DNA of 64,000 bases from Selaginella moellendorffii (GCF_000143415.4 NW_003314296.1:1463858-1527857), one strand, 5' to 3'. Numbered from the stretch's first letter, positions 48,176 through 60,979 are shown. Program-made: numbers and translations. Notes: a model not told the origin generated them from the sequence alone.

Positions 48176-49182
48176 GAGCCTGAGAGGGTGAAAGCCCAAA
48201 GCGTTCGTCTCCCAGACCCTGGGGGGTTTGGTGAGCTCCAAAAGTATAGTAGGGGGAGGACTGCAGTGGAGCCAGTTTGGTCAGGAAAGGCCAGTTTGGC
48301 CCAGGAAGGCCGGACCCAGTGTTGGGTGATGAGCTGCCCACTGGGAAGTCCAAGACTAGAGTGAACACAGACCGACAAGCGGGGTAGCTTGGTGAAGTGT
48401 TCAAGAGCCGGCTCTAGTTCCCCCGGGAGATCGACTGGCCGATGCTCCCAGTCCAAGTGTGGGTGGCACTACCTACTTGGATACCTGGTGTGGCTCAACG
48501 GAACCCGCTCTAAGCCCATGGCTAGAGCACCTAAAGGCGAAAGGCGAGGAGAGTACCCAGGTGGCTCGCGTAAGGCCACGGTGTTCCGAAATGTTGTCCC
48601 GAAGGCCCAGACTGTGGAAAGGAAGAGGAACAGTCCTCTGGGGCAGTGACCAAGGACACAGTCGCGTGGTGAGGAAGTCCCAGAGGACCGTGGGACTTAG
48701 TGGTCGGGCCTGTGGGCCTCGATCCAGTGGCAGTGTTGGCAAACATGGCCAAGGGCAGAAAGGGACTTAGTGGGGACTGACAAAGGGATATTGGGGAAGG
48801 CAATTCCCCTCGTCGGTGGGCATCCTAAGGATGCTAAGGAGTGGATCTGAGATGACCACTCATGGATGGTTTGCCTAGTCTTGGAGAGCCAAGACTGTGA
48901 TGCAAGTGGTAGTGGACTACCAGTGTGGCAAAGGTGATTGGGCATGGCCTTAGCGTAACGGGCTGCCATGTCGGTGGTACCTTTGAGTGTCGGTCATGGG
49001 ATCGGACACGTGGAGCACTTGGACCAAGTGCTAAGGTTGAGTGGCATGGATGCCATTCTCGGGGCTGGCAAGCCCCAAGTCCTGAGTTGGACTTATGGAG
49101 GTTGTGAATGAGACTCCTCCAAGTGGTCGGAGGTGTGGTTAAGTGACTAAAGTGAAATGGAAAAATTTAGTCGCTTACAACT

Positions 49183-49194
49183 TGGTATCGGAGC
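49183..49194 (+). promoter_or_regulatory. Primer binding site (initiator tRNA-Met type)
   Basis: TGGTATCGGAGC lies 3 nt after the LTR end; the consensus is TGGTATCAGAGC. Confidence 0.88.
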
Positions 49195-52100
49195 TGTTCC
49201 TTAGTCCGACTTTTATTGGTGCTCAAGTATATCACCACTAGTGTTGGCATCGGAAGGTCCGAGGAGTGGGCCTATCCTTGAGGAGTAGCAAGTCGGGAAG
49301 ACATGGCTCCCCATTACAGTTCATGTGTGAACTTGTAGACGAGGTGGTGGATAGAAAAGGGCCAATAATGGAACGACTTTGGGATCTTGGGAACAGTGCA
49401 AGGTTTTCCTCATTGAGTTGAGGATGTGATCCAGATGAGCGTTTGACTCAGCAAACGGGCTAAGGTTGTTGTGGTAAACAACTAAAGTTGGGATCACGGG
49501 AAAGATAGAGACTCCAAAACAATAAAGGAGTCACAAGTTTATCCTCACATGGTTGAGGCTGGTGCTCATGAAGGTGAGACCGGAATGGATGACCGTGAGA
49601 GGTCAAGTATGGATGAGGACACGAGTCCTCGAAATGGTAGCCGGGGCTACCTCTAATAAATGCTGGAACAACCCAAGGAGTTGGGGGTGTATTAAGTGGA
49701 TGAGTTGGTATTCTCATCACATGGACAAGTAGTCCTAAGGGGCAAAGGTTGCCCCCAGAGAACAAAATCAAGTGTCGGAGTAACACTTGTGAAAATAGTC
49801 CTTTTGAGTAGGACAGGAATGCAAGAAGTGTATTCCAGTGAGCTAGTGCCTCACAAGTAGGACCTTACGGGTCTGTGGATTAACCAAGTCCAAAACTGCT
49901 GGATGACTCAAGTAGAGTCAAGGGATGGTCCTAAAAGGACTGATGGAAGCATTTGGACTGAGGTGTGTTGTACCCCACAAAGGATGCGGGGGGGATCATA
50001 GGATCCAAGGATGAGAACAGAGGGTATCTCATCGATGGCAAAATGTGCCATGCTAAAGTCGTGGGAAAGGTGTTCCAAAAAAAAAAAAAAAAAAAAAAAA
50101 GAAAACAACTTTGACACAAAGTTGTGTGTGACCTCTATGGTGTAGTGCTAACGGATGGTTGGCATGAGAAAGAGTGGCATTGGTCTTGGCAAAGACTTAG
50201 ACACAAAGAAGAAGTGTCATAGAGGTAGGCTCGTGGAGCCGATGGTGTGGAGACACCAAATGTGCCAAGGTGTGATACCTTGAGGCTATGTTGGTGGGTT
50301 CATGAGAACCCCTTGCCAAAGGAATCCCAATGGAAATGGGAATGGCATAGCCTAAGCTGCAGAGCATGCAGTTGGAGTGTGGTGACCCAGATAATGATGG
50401 AGGTGTGAAAGCACCAAGCAATGAGTTGTAGGACTTGACAACTATGAGGCAACTAAGCAAGAGGTGCAAAATAACTGGTTAAACGGGTAGAAGGTAGCTA
50501 CCCAAGACTTCTAGCATAGGGAAGTCGGATATACCCTTGCGGGGGATAAGTTGCTTATGTTGCGATATAGTAAGTCAATGTCATAAAAGGAAATACTCAT
50601 TGTCAAGAAAGCCATCATTGGGACACCTGAACACTCTAGAACACCAGAAGGTGGTGTTTGATGTCGCGAGGGCAATGGATAAAGCCCAAGGGACTAAATC
50701 CCTAGCGAATGATGGATAGAAGGTGCTATCCAAATGTCCAAGGTTGCGGAGACAGGAGAGGACTGTCTACCCAAGTTGGACAAAGCCAAAAATGGAATTT
50801 TGGCAAGGCTAGTGATGGGCATGTAAAGGCCCATAAGCAACAATGTAATCCCAGTGTGTGGGATTATAAGGTGAGCATACCCGGATTGAGGAACCACTCC
50901 CTGGGCTATTGGGTAGGTTCATCCCTAAGAATACTTGCTAAGGCATGATAGAAAGTGCAAAGCTATCCTCCTGATCTGGAGGAGAATGACCGAAGGAAAG
51001 GTGTGAAGCCAAAGGCAAGTAGTATTGGGATGGAACTGAACCATAGAAATCGAAGGGCATAACCAAGGTTGGTTATGCCAGCTGGGAGTGGGGAATCAAG
51101 TGGGGGCTCGAGGGTGTTGCTGCTAGCAACCGCGACGCCATGGAGAGTCTAAGTTATGGAATTGTCCATGTTAGACTATGTGGCATTTGGAAGGCTTGCA
51201 AAAGGGAGGCCTTAGCAAGCTGAGGGACAGAGTTCCTTCAAGGTTCCCAAAGACGATTCTAGGTAGCTTAGTACCTAGAAAGGCCAAGTGTAAATGGTTC
51301 ATGGAATGCGCGAAATCAGAGTGGCGCAGCAGAAGCGTGGTCTTGAAGCTTGCTATGAGGCAAGGCTATCAAGGGTAGGGAAGTAGTTCCCGAGTGTTCA
51401 AAGAGAGGGCTTTGAACGAAAGTCGATGGTCAAGGACTTTCACGCTTATGCAGGAACCATGTTACAGTGGTCGGAGAACTTGCCAAGCGAGATTGGCACG
51501 TCGGGGGAACAAATACCCTAGTTGAAGGTGATAACTTCAAAAAGGGTGGGCCATGGGGCCGAGCATGGAGGAGTCCATGCATGATCACAGACATGTCAAG
51601 TGAGAGGACTTGGCAGTGTGGAGGAACTAGGTTCCTAAGCTGTGATCTGTAGCGCGCTTTAAAAATAAGTTGGTGCACCGGCGTGGGGAGTCACGCCAGG
51701 CATCTTGTGTGATGCCGTCCATAGATGCATATACGGAGGTTGGGTTCGAGTCCCGACCCTCTAGTGCTTGGGTTCGAGTCCCAAATCACTAGGGCGTGGT
51801 GATGGTTTGGAATATGAGGACACTCATATTTCGGTGGTCATGGACTCTCAGTGGGGAGACTGGTTTGGGCACACCGCCAAGCGAGGGATGCCTCGGAGTC
51901 ATGATGCACGGTTAGATTGCTTAGAGTGAAAGCTCGGCATATCTAACTTGAACGCTTTGGTGCAAGTGGCACCAAGGTCGTGGTGAGTGAGATGGGGACA
52001 CCTAATCTCAGTTGCTATGAACCCTTGGCCGTAAGGGCTAGCTTGGGTGCACCGCCAAGTGTGGGGGATGCCCCCGGGGTTATAGTCAACAACTTGGAGG

Positions 52101-53280
52101 TCTAGAAGACCAAGTACCTCTTGGCAACTCTGTTAAGGTGCCAAGGTGAGATCACTAGGTGATCTTATGGCCAGATAAGGACAAGGTCCTTGGTTGGCTA
52201 AGGAATGAAGTTCCTGGTTCAAAATGTTGAAATTGAACTATTGATGATGGTGTGGCTTGGTCAAGGTGACCAAGTGGGAAAAGAACCTAAGGGAAATAAA
52301 CTATGTCCGTGCGATGGCATAGTGAGTCCGAGGAAAGTAGTTTCTATAAAAGACCCATAGGAGGGTCACGAAGTTGGGCCGTGGATAGAGCCCATAGCAG
52401 AAGATGCTAAAGAGACGTACTAGGGGTGAACATCCTCCGGACTTGGCAAAGAAGAGTCTTTGCTATGGAACCGAAACAATACCTCAAGAAGGGAGGTAGG
52501 GATTCGATGTTGCTTGGTGCAACAATCAACGGATAGGAGCAAAAGATGAGTGGCCAAGATAGGGCCGTGGAATCCCTTGGAAGGAATCCAAGTGACAAAG
52601 TTAGGCGAGGAACACTAATGTGTTGGACGCTAACAAGTTGCGGGAAAGGAAGTGTGTTTCCAAGGGGGGATTCCGAAATGCTCCGATTTGGCGAAAGTGG
52701 AAGCTCCAAGGGAGGGAGCGGTAAGGTAGCCAAATGATGGGGCCATGAACAGCCCTAGCACAAAGTATGATAACTGGAACTTTGGCACGAAATAGAAGAG
52801 AGGATGATGGTGCCCTCGAGTAGAGAACTTCCTAGGATGGGAAGTGGAGTTGCACAAAAAGGTGCAAGGCAAGGTGTCGGAGACACCTAGGAAATTGACT
52901 CCAAGAAGTCAAAATTCAAAGTTCCAAAGTGCAAAGGCTATATCGATGGAAATTGAGACTACTCGAGAAGGAGTAGTGGGAGTGACTTAGAGAAGGGTCT
53001 CTAAGAGGTTTAGCGAGAACTAAACCAATAAAAGGAAAGAACCACTATATGTGGTCCAATCAGTCTCTAAGCTGGAGAGACTACCCTCCTTAGAGGGTAT
53101 GCAAAAGGCATGGTGAGCCTTCAATGTCCAACCATTGACGAATATGGAGAAGGCATGGTGAGCCTTCAATGTCACGCCATTGACAAATATTGGCTACGCG
53201 CCAAGGATGGAAATGGTAACACATGCGGGTGTTACTTTATAAAATGGTTCACCGTTCGATGAGGACATCGAACTTCGTCT

Positions 53281-53294
53281 ATGGGTGGTGGAGT
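53281..53294 (+). promoter_or_regulatory. Polypurine tract
   Basis: ATGGGTGGTGGAGT directly before the 3' LTR; identical at 35165-35178. Confidence 0.8.
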
Positions 53295-56200
53295 TGTGAG
53301 ACACAAAATCCCTAGGCCCCAAAGTGGAGCCGGAAGGGCGCCACATGGTAGTGGCCGAAGCGAGAGCCAAACGAGCATAACACGTTTGGACCAAAAGCTC
53401 CGACTTGAAAAGTCAAGAGCGGGAGTGGAACTCCCAACGAAGTGCTCGAGGAACGAGCACGAAGCGAGCAAAAAGCGAGGCTCCAAAAAGGGACCCAAAA
53501 GGACCAACACATGACACGTGGAAGTGTCCGAGATGGACTCGAGTTGGAGTCCGAAGTGGAGTCCGAGATGGACCCGAGTTGGAGTCCGAAGTGGAGTCCG
53601 AGATGGACCCGAGATGGAGTCCGAGATGGACCCGAGATGGAGTCCGAGATGGAGTCCGAGAAGGAGTCCGAGGTGGACCCGAGATGGACCCGAAATGGAG
53701 TCCGAGATGGAGTCCGAGATGGACCCGAGATGGAGTCCGAGATGGAGTCCGAGATGGACCCGAAATGGAGTCCGAGATGGACCCGAGATGGAGTCCGAGA
53801 TGGAGTCCGAGATGGAGTCCGAGATGGAGTCCAAAGTCGAGACCGAGACCGGGACCGAGACTGAGACCGAGACCGAGACCGAGACCGAGATCGGGACCGA
53901 GACCGAGACTGAGGCCGAGGCCGAGACCGAGCCCGAGTCCGAGTCCGAGTCCGAGTCCGAGTCCGAGTCCGAGTCCGAGTCCGAGTCCGAGTCCGAGTCC
54001 GAGTCCGAGTCCGAGTCCAGAGCCTGAGAGGGTGAAAGCCCAAAGCGTTCGTCTCCCAGACCCTGGGGGGTTTGGTGAGCTCCAAAAGTATAGTAGGGGG
54101 AGGACTGCAGTGGAGCCAGTTTGGTCAGGAAAGGCCAGTTTGGCCCAGGAAGGCCGGACCCAGTGTTGGGTGATGAGCTGCCCACTGGGAAGTCCAAGAC
54201 TAGAGTGAACACAGACCGACAAGCGGGGTAGCTTGGTGAAGTGTTCAAGAGCCGGCTCTAGTTCCCCCGGGAGATCGACTGGCCGATGCTCCCAGTCCAA
54301 GTGTGGGTGGCACTACCTACTTGGATACCTGGTGTGGCTCAACGGAACCCGCTCTAAGCCCATGGCTAGAGCACCTAAAGGCGAAAGGCGAGGAGAGTAC
54401 CCAGGTGGCTCGCGTAAGGCCACGGTGTTCCGAAATGTTGTCCCGAAGGCCCAGACTGTGGAAAGGAAGAGGAACAGTCCTCTGGGGCAGTGACCAAGGA
54501 CACAGTCGCGTGGTGAGGAAGTCCCAGAGGACCGTGGGACTTAGTGGTCGGGCCTGTGGGCCTCGATCCAGTGGCAGTGTTGGCAAACACGGCCAAGGGC
54601 AGAAAGGGACTTAGTGGGGACTGACAAAGGGATATTGGGGAAGGCAATTCCCCTCGTCGGTGGGCATCCTAAGGATGCTAAGGAGTGGATCTGAGATGAC
54701 CACTCATGGATGGTTTGCCTAGTCTTGGAGAGCCAAGACTGTGATGCAAGTGGTAGTGGACTACCAGTGTGGCAAAGGTGATTGGGCATGGCCTTAGCGT
54801 AACGGGCTGCCATGTCGGTGGTACCTTTGAGTGTCGGTCATGGGATCGGACACGTGGAGCACTTGGACCAAGTGCTAAGGTTGAGTGGCATGGATGCCAT
54901 TCTCGGGGCTGGCAAGCCCCAAGTCCTGAGTTGGACTTATGGAGGTTGTGAATGAGACTCCTCCAAGTGGTCGGAGGTGTGGTTAAGTGACTAAAGTGAA
55001 ATGGAAAAATTTAGTCGCTTACAATGAACTAGTGGTAAGTGAGTTGTACAAGGAGCCTCCACTACTTATGCAATTTCTTGTTTCCTAGAAACATTTTGGT
55101 GTCCAAACTTTTCACTATAGCAGTACCAATATAATGTTGTTGATGCTAAAGTCTCTACCTAGGAAATGGAATTTTATATGTCTAATTTATATTTGAAATA
55201 AAAACTTTAATAAACACACAAAAACACTTATAGATTTGTTTAGTATTTCCTCATTTCTTCTCCACTCCCTATTATGTTGACTCCTTTTCTTTCTACTTAA
55301 ATTTGCATATTATAAAATACAAAAAATGTAAAAATGAACTCTAATTTAAGGGTATATACTATAAAGAATCTCAATGCAAAACCATAAGACTAAACTTTAT
55401 GACATAGTAAGCATGATTATGTTGCGGCTATCTTCCCAATGTTTTTAATCAGTATGATCTCATGCTATATAATTTTTGAAAAACCATTATACTCTTCACT
55501 ATATAAGGAGGCTTACATATATGTTTTCACCTTAGCTTAAGCCATTTAACCATTTATCTAGCCATCTTATTACTAAGATAAATTTTAAAATTAACTGTAA
55601 TTTGGATAGAAATATTATTCAATAATTTTTTCCCTTAAAATTATACTTCCAAATAGAATAAGTCTTTTATGATTAGTTATATTTTTGGAAGTTGAATTCT
55701 TATTATACTTTAACTTATTTTATACACTTAATAAGCTGTTTACTTTTTAGATTTTTAGTCTAATTTGATGTTAAATTTTAATATTAATAAAAAAAAATTC
55801 TATTTTCTACAATTACACATGATTTGCCTTTATTCACCAATTTTTAAAGTAAAAACTGTTTTTAAAAAATATTTAGACTTCTCTTGGTGATTCTCTCTTT
55901 TGCATTTCAACTTTTTGCAAGGAAAAATTGCTCACTTATTATGGAATACATATTTCCAGTAAAAACATAGATTAGCGAGCGTATGGTGCAAAACTTTTGC
56001 AAGAGAAACCAAGTAGTTGGTAATGACATTCTGACATCTAACACTTCACCATGACAAAAGTGTGATTGAGCAATACCAAGGATACAATGGAAGGATAGAC
56101 AGATAGGGATGAACTATTATAATTGAGATGATGTATTGAGTCCTTTTGCAAAAGATAACTATTTACTCATGCATACAATTTCAGGGTTGTCACTTACAAA

Positions 56201-56479
56201 GTAGTATTTATGCAAAAAAAGATTATCAGTTTTTAAGAGGTTTTATTACATATGTATATAATTATTAATTTGATACTATAAAAATATGTAAATTTTTAAT
56301 GGTCAATACTCCCAATTCAAGTATAGGTGGGTTTTTTACTTAGCTACATATTTTTATATTTTTAGCCAATGAGGGTTATGAGAGTAGCAATTTATTGGCT
56401 ACATTATGAGGGTTATTGGAACCTCATTCTAGCATGTGGTTAAGGCATTTTAGTGGCAAAAAATGGTAGAAGGCTTGCA

Positions 56480-56703
56480 TTGTACTAAGGTGTTTCAAAA
56501 TGTTAGCTTGAAATCCTTAAATGTGGGATGCATGGGACATTTGGGCTCAATTGTAAAGTCATTGTGGTTTAATATGCTACCTTTGAGGTAACAAGTACCA
56601 TAAATAGGGATAAGGACTTATGAAAATTGTGAGTGAAACTTGATTGCATGGTTAAAGATGTAGTTAAATACTTAAGGCAAAATGAAAATTTTAGTCACTC
56701 ATA
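56480..56703 (+). mobile_element. Highly degenerate family B LTR 3'-end fragment
   Basis: GGACTTATG..TTGTGAGTGA..AAAATGAAAATTTTAGTCACTCATA matches the family B LTR terminus. Confidence 0.6.
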
Positions 56704-58128
56704 ATATAATTAATTCCAATCTAAATGAAAATTATATATTTAGATTCTCCACCTTACAAAAGTGAAAAGTAATTTACTATATTCTATAAGAATGCTTAGT
56801 TTGCCTTGAATTAATAGCAAATGCTTGGATATTCTAATGTATTCTGATTGTGAATTTTAATATGTTCATAAATCAGAGAAATCTCTAAAGTGCTACTAAA
56901 GTATATAGAAAACTCTCTCTCTCTCTCACACACACACAAAATATCAATAATCAATCAATCAATCAATCAATGAACATTAGGGGAAACATGTAGAGTATAA
57001 ACTTTTTTGAATATTGATGGTTTACAAGCCCTAACAAATGCAATTCAGCCATGCATCAGGAAGACATACTTCTTAATCAAAATAGCCTTTTAAAGAAAAA
57101 AAAATATAGTTACTATTTCTGGCACAGCTAGATTCTAAATTGATTTTGCAGCAAGATTGGGTTTACATATTTAGTGTAAAGCTTTTGACTGGATTTTTAC
57201 ACCTTTGTGTTAACTTTAAGTTTTATGAAATTATTTACTGAACATTAAAATTTAATTTAATCATGAAACAAGCAATCTAGAGTTCACTTACTTGCCTATT
57301 ACCAAGGAAAATTGGTGTAAATGAGGTGAGTTTAAAGCCTATATGATGAATACTTCATCAGCTTTTTGATGAATATGCCAGGTGAGAGGTCACATGAGAT
57401 TTGCTAGATATCAACTTTGAAGTTTGTGTAGAGCTGCTGTATGACTTGGCCTGAAGCTTGATAAGGCATTTTGTTCATAGCACTGTATGGAAGGCTTTGG
57501 TTTGCCTTTAGGCTGTCTATAGAGAGTTACAAGGTGGTTGATACAAGTAAAAGTTTAATTGTGGGCATCACAACCATTAGATGAAAAATATCCTAGAATA
57601 TTCCTGAATAATCTAGGTAGAGCCTTCTTTTCTACAAGTTTTCTAATTAAAGATGTATAAAAATGGATAATGACTGTTTGCATACATAAAATATGTAAAT
57701 AAGATAGTTTGTAGAATCTTTGTTCATATATATTATATACAAGTAAAATATTAATAATTAATATATATAAATAAATATTAAATCTAGTTAATTAAAATAG
57801 ATAGCAAAGAATCTATGAAATCATTAATTATGTTTTCTTTACTGTATAATGATACCAATTGATGCCTTTAGAAATGTATGAAATTTCTATGCTTGTTATT
57901 ACCTTTTCATAATAAATATTTTGAATCAAAGTACATTTCCTTATTGTCTATATATATACACAAATGGGTGTCCCATTTGCTGATCGTCCATGGAATTTGC
58001 CTTTGCTTCAAACTCTACTACAACTTCCCAATACTTACAAAGTAGAAGTAATGTCATCCCACGCCCAGCCTTTATAAAAGAAAAAGAGATTCAGGAAAAA
58101 GAATATCCAGGGTTTAAAAATTAACAAG

Positions 58129-60634
58129 CTAGGATTGAACGGCCAGGCGCTGGAGATGCTCGATAAAAACTTGCAAGCTCACGTCGTCCGTAAATATCAC
58201 CTCCACATTACCATAGGCGTTGGAGTTGTGAGTGACTGACGGATTGAGCTTGGCGAGGAGGAACCTGGCCTGGCTGCCGTGCTGGTCGCATTCCACCAGC
58301 CTGGGAACCGGGACCCTGTCCTCCATCACCGCTCGAGCATCGTTCACCGGAGCTTCCAGCAGCGCCTTGAAGCTCTCGTACGCCGGATCGTTGTGGTAGC
58401 CGAGCTTCCTCCACTGGGCGATGGTGGAGCCGTAGTGGACGACCACGTAGAAGTAGGAGTCGAACAGGAGGATTCTCTCCGGAGTGATGGAGCTCACGTC
58501 CAGCAGCACCGGGACTGGAGGACCCTCGAACGAGTACGAGAAGAGCGTCGGCTGGATCATGATGAGCGATCCCACCACCCCTTCCCGGTTGAGCATGAGC
58601 CGGAAGAAGGCCGTCTCGTCGGGGCTGTTGTTAAACACGGACAGGAACTGCGAGCGCCGGAGGTGGTACATGAACTGCGGGTAGAGCGAGAAGTTGGACG
58701 AGAGCCGGAAGGATTGAGCGTCCTCCTTCGTGTAGTCGCCGAACTTGGAGGCCACCCGGATCAAGTTCTTGTCCAGCCACCGGACGATGTCGAAAGTTTC
58801 CTCGTTCTCCGTCTTGTGGGCCGCGTACTTTGCCATCACCGCCGCCGCTGCCTCCTGATCAAACGCCGCCTTTGCGTCTTGTTCTTGAGAGGCCTCGATC
58901 CATCTGCGAGAAGCCGTCGTCACTCTCAGCCTGGTCTCCCCGTTTCCGTGCTGGTACTGAGTCGCAAACTGGATGAAGAATGGATTCCCTGGTGTGATGC
59001 TGGACGAGTTCTGCGCCACCACCTCGAAGAAGACGGCGATGGAGGTCTTGCTGTTTAGAGTGCACAGCTTCCAGGCACTGGTTCCACCTATGCCAAGCTC
59101 AGTCTCGCTCACCGACGTGGATTTCCTCTTCAAGCTCGAGCACGGGCCGATGGCGCCATTTATCTTCACCTCGCGAGTGGTCGTAACTTCAAAGGTGCCA
59201 TTGAAGCACATCTTGAGCTTTCCTTCCTCCTCCTTCTCGAACAGCTTCCTCAGTGACTTCTTGAATTGCTCCGAGTCGAAAGTCTCGGCCAGGACCATCA
59301 AGCCTCCCGTGCTCTGCACCGCGGACTTTGCCTCGGCACAGCCAACCTGGTCCAGCGAGCACGCAAAGATGTCGAGGACGTGGCTGTTCTCCACCAAAGC
59401 CTGGCCGATCTGGTTGTAAAACTTGCACGACTTCTTGTAGTGAACAGCATTGTCGTTGACAAGATCCTGGTGCGTCCGGATGCTCTTGCTCCGGTCGGTC
59501 TCCACCACTATCCCCGGCCCGATCGTCACGGGACCCGAGACGAAGAGCATGATCCGGGAGCCGACGTTGGCAGCGCATCCTTCCATGAGCCCCGCGGCCA
59601 CGGCCAAAGCAGCGCCTGTAGCTCGTCGAGGCCGGTGGCCGGCCTGGACGTTGAAAGCATTCGGTTGGAGCTCGTCGATAGCACTGTTGATCTCGAAGTC
59701 ACACTCGGACGCCGGCAGCAAGAAACGATTCGGAGAGCCTTGCCTCGCCATGCGACCACCTTTGGAAGAGAATCCTAGCAGCTCTTGTATCTGCGATGAA
59801 AGAAAAACCAGTTAGAACAAAAGGAAGAGAATGAGAGAACTTTACCCGCTGGCTCGTCAGCTCTCTATCGCCGGGAAAAACTAGAGCTTTCGAGTAGCCC
59901 GAGTGGCTAAGAACATGAACATTCACCATCGTCCCAAAGCTGATCAATCCAACTCGAGAGCTCTCGGGGATCATCGCTAGCAGATGCTGGAGCTCCAACT
60001 TTAGCGCCTGCAAATCCTCCAACTCCACGCAAGTGTCCACCACGAAGAGGAAGCACGGGGCATTGGAAGGAACAGGCGGGCCGCTCAAACTCAAGTCCTG
60101 GAACGATGCCGGCAAAGTTTTATGAGCTCCTGGAAAAGATCCCTGCGGCTGAGCTCCATATCCATACCCCGCGTGTCCAGCGGCTGGGTTGTGTCCCGGA
60201 GGATAAATCTGAGCTCCCGGTGGTGCCTGGATCGCCGGAGCTTGCGACGAGAATCCACTCCCAGCGCTTGGAAAGCCACCGAATCCCTTCTGTGGGATCA
60301 CATACTCGACCGTGCTGTAAGTCGGGTAGAGCTCCGCCGGGAGATTGCTCTCGCTCACACCGGCATAGTTTCCAGGGAAATAGTTTCGCTGGAGGCAAAA
60401 CGGGCATCCCCAGATCCTAGCAGTGTAATCCACGTTGCAGTAGGGATTGAGGACTGCCTGGCACTTACATCGCACTGGCTGGTAGGGAAGAACTGGAAGA
60501 TCCGGCAGTGGCATCAAGACATTGGCCATGATCCCGAATGGCACCACCATGCGAGCGGCATCGATCCGGGACGTCGGCCACGCGTTCCACACCCAACGGA
60601 GGCCCTCTGTCGCCTCGATCTCGTTGAAATCCAT
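58129..60634 (-). CDS. SEC23: COPII coat protein SEC23; exons 60634-59846 and 59790-58129, 816 aa
   Basis: [20 protein letters not shown], Zn-finger [30 protein letters not shown] and [12 protein letters not shown] 55-bp phase-0 GT-AG intron restores the frame. Confidence 0.96.
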
Positions 60635-60979
60635 CCCCGATCGCTGATTCCTGCCTGTGAGCTGCTGGATCGGGACGAATTGCGGCGCGCGGGATCACAG
60701 CATTCGCCGCGCGTTACCTAGTGGAATGCTCCTCTCAAGAACCCTAGACTGCCCAAAATCGACGGCCACGATTGGAAGATCTACCTAGTTTGCATTTTAA
60801 GAAAAAAAAAGGGTGAGGGTTTTTTCTAGGGTTCTTAGATCCGATCCAGAGGGCGCCAGTGGACGCTAGCGCGATCCAGCTCCAATCCCGCAAGGCGCAA
60901 GGTATGCAAGCTTGGATCTCCGCTAGAAATGCGTAGTTTTGCCAGGGCGAGGATTCTTTTCTCACTCTTTGGTCTCTAG

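Larger units (their letters stand above)
47439..55023 (+). mobile_element. Young intact non-autonomous LTR retrotransposon (LARD-like, family B)
   Basis: LTRs 47439-49179 (1741 bp) and 53295-55023 (1729 bp) are nearly identical with TG...CA ends. Perfect TSD ATGAA, PBS and PPT present. The 4.1-kb internal region has no gag/pol ORF. Confidence 0.96.

Noticed and set aside
48179-48206. Possible hammerhead ribozyme (CTGAGAG-GGT-GAAA-GCCC-AAA), as in retrozymes
   Set aside because: The core lacks CUGANGA and the GAAA after stem II, no stems I or III are evident, and CTGA is not kept in the related D LTR.
47430-48456. Long ORFs (250-340 aa) on both strands in the LTRs, also at 53232-54300, 27698-28272 and 35275-35925
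   Set aside because: They arise from stop-free hexamer and 12-mer repeats, overlap in several frames, and are not preserved in older copies.
48405-48515. Patchy resemblance to plant SRP (7SL) RNA (CCCAGTCCAAG-TGTG, GGCTCAACGG)
   Set aside because: Based only on recall of short words, and the helix 6/8 signatures were not found. A cmsearch with the plant SRP model would be needed.
57240-57560. Slightly GC-richer patch with an F-box-like ESYKVV word; a similar unexplained patch lies at 43560-44300
   Set aside because: Too short and interrupted to support any assignment.
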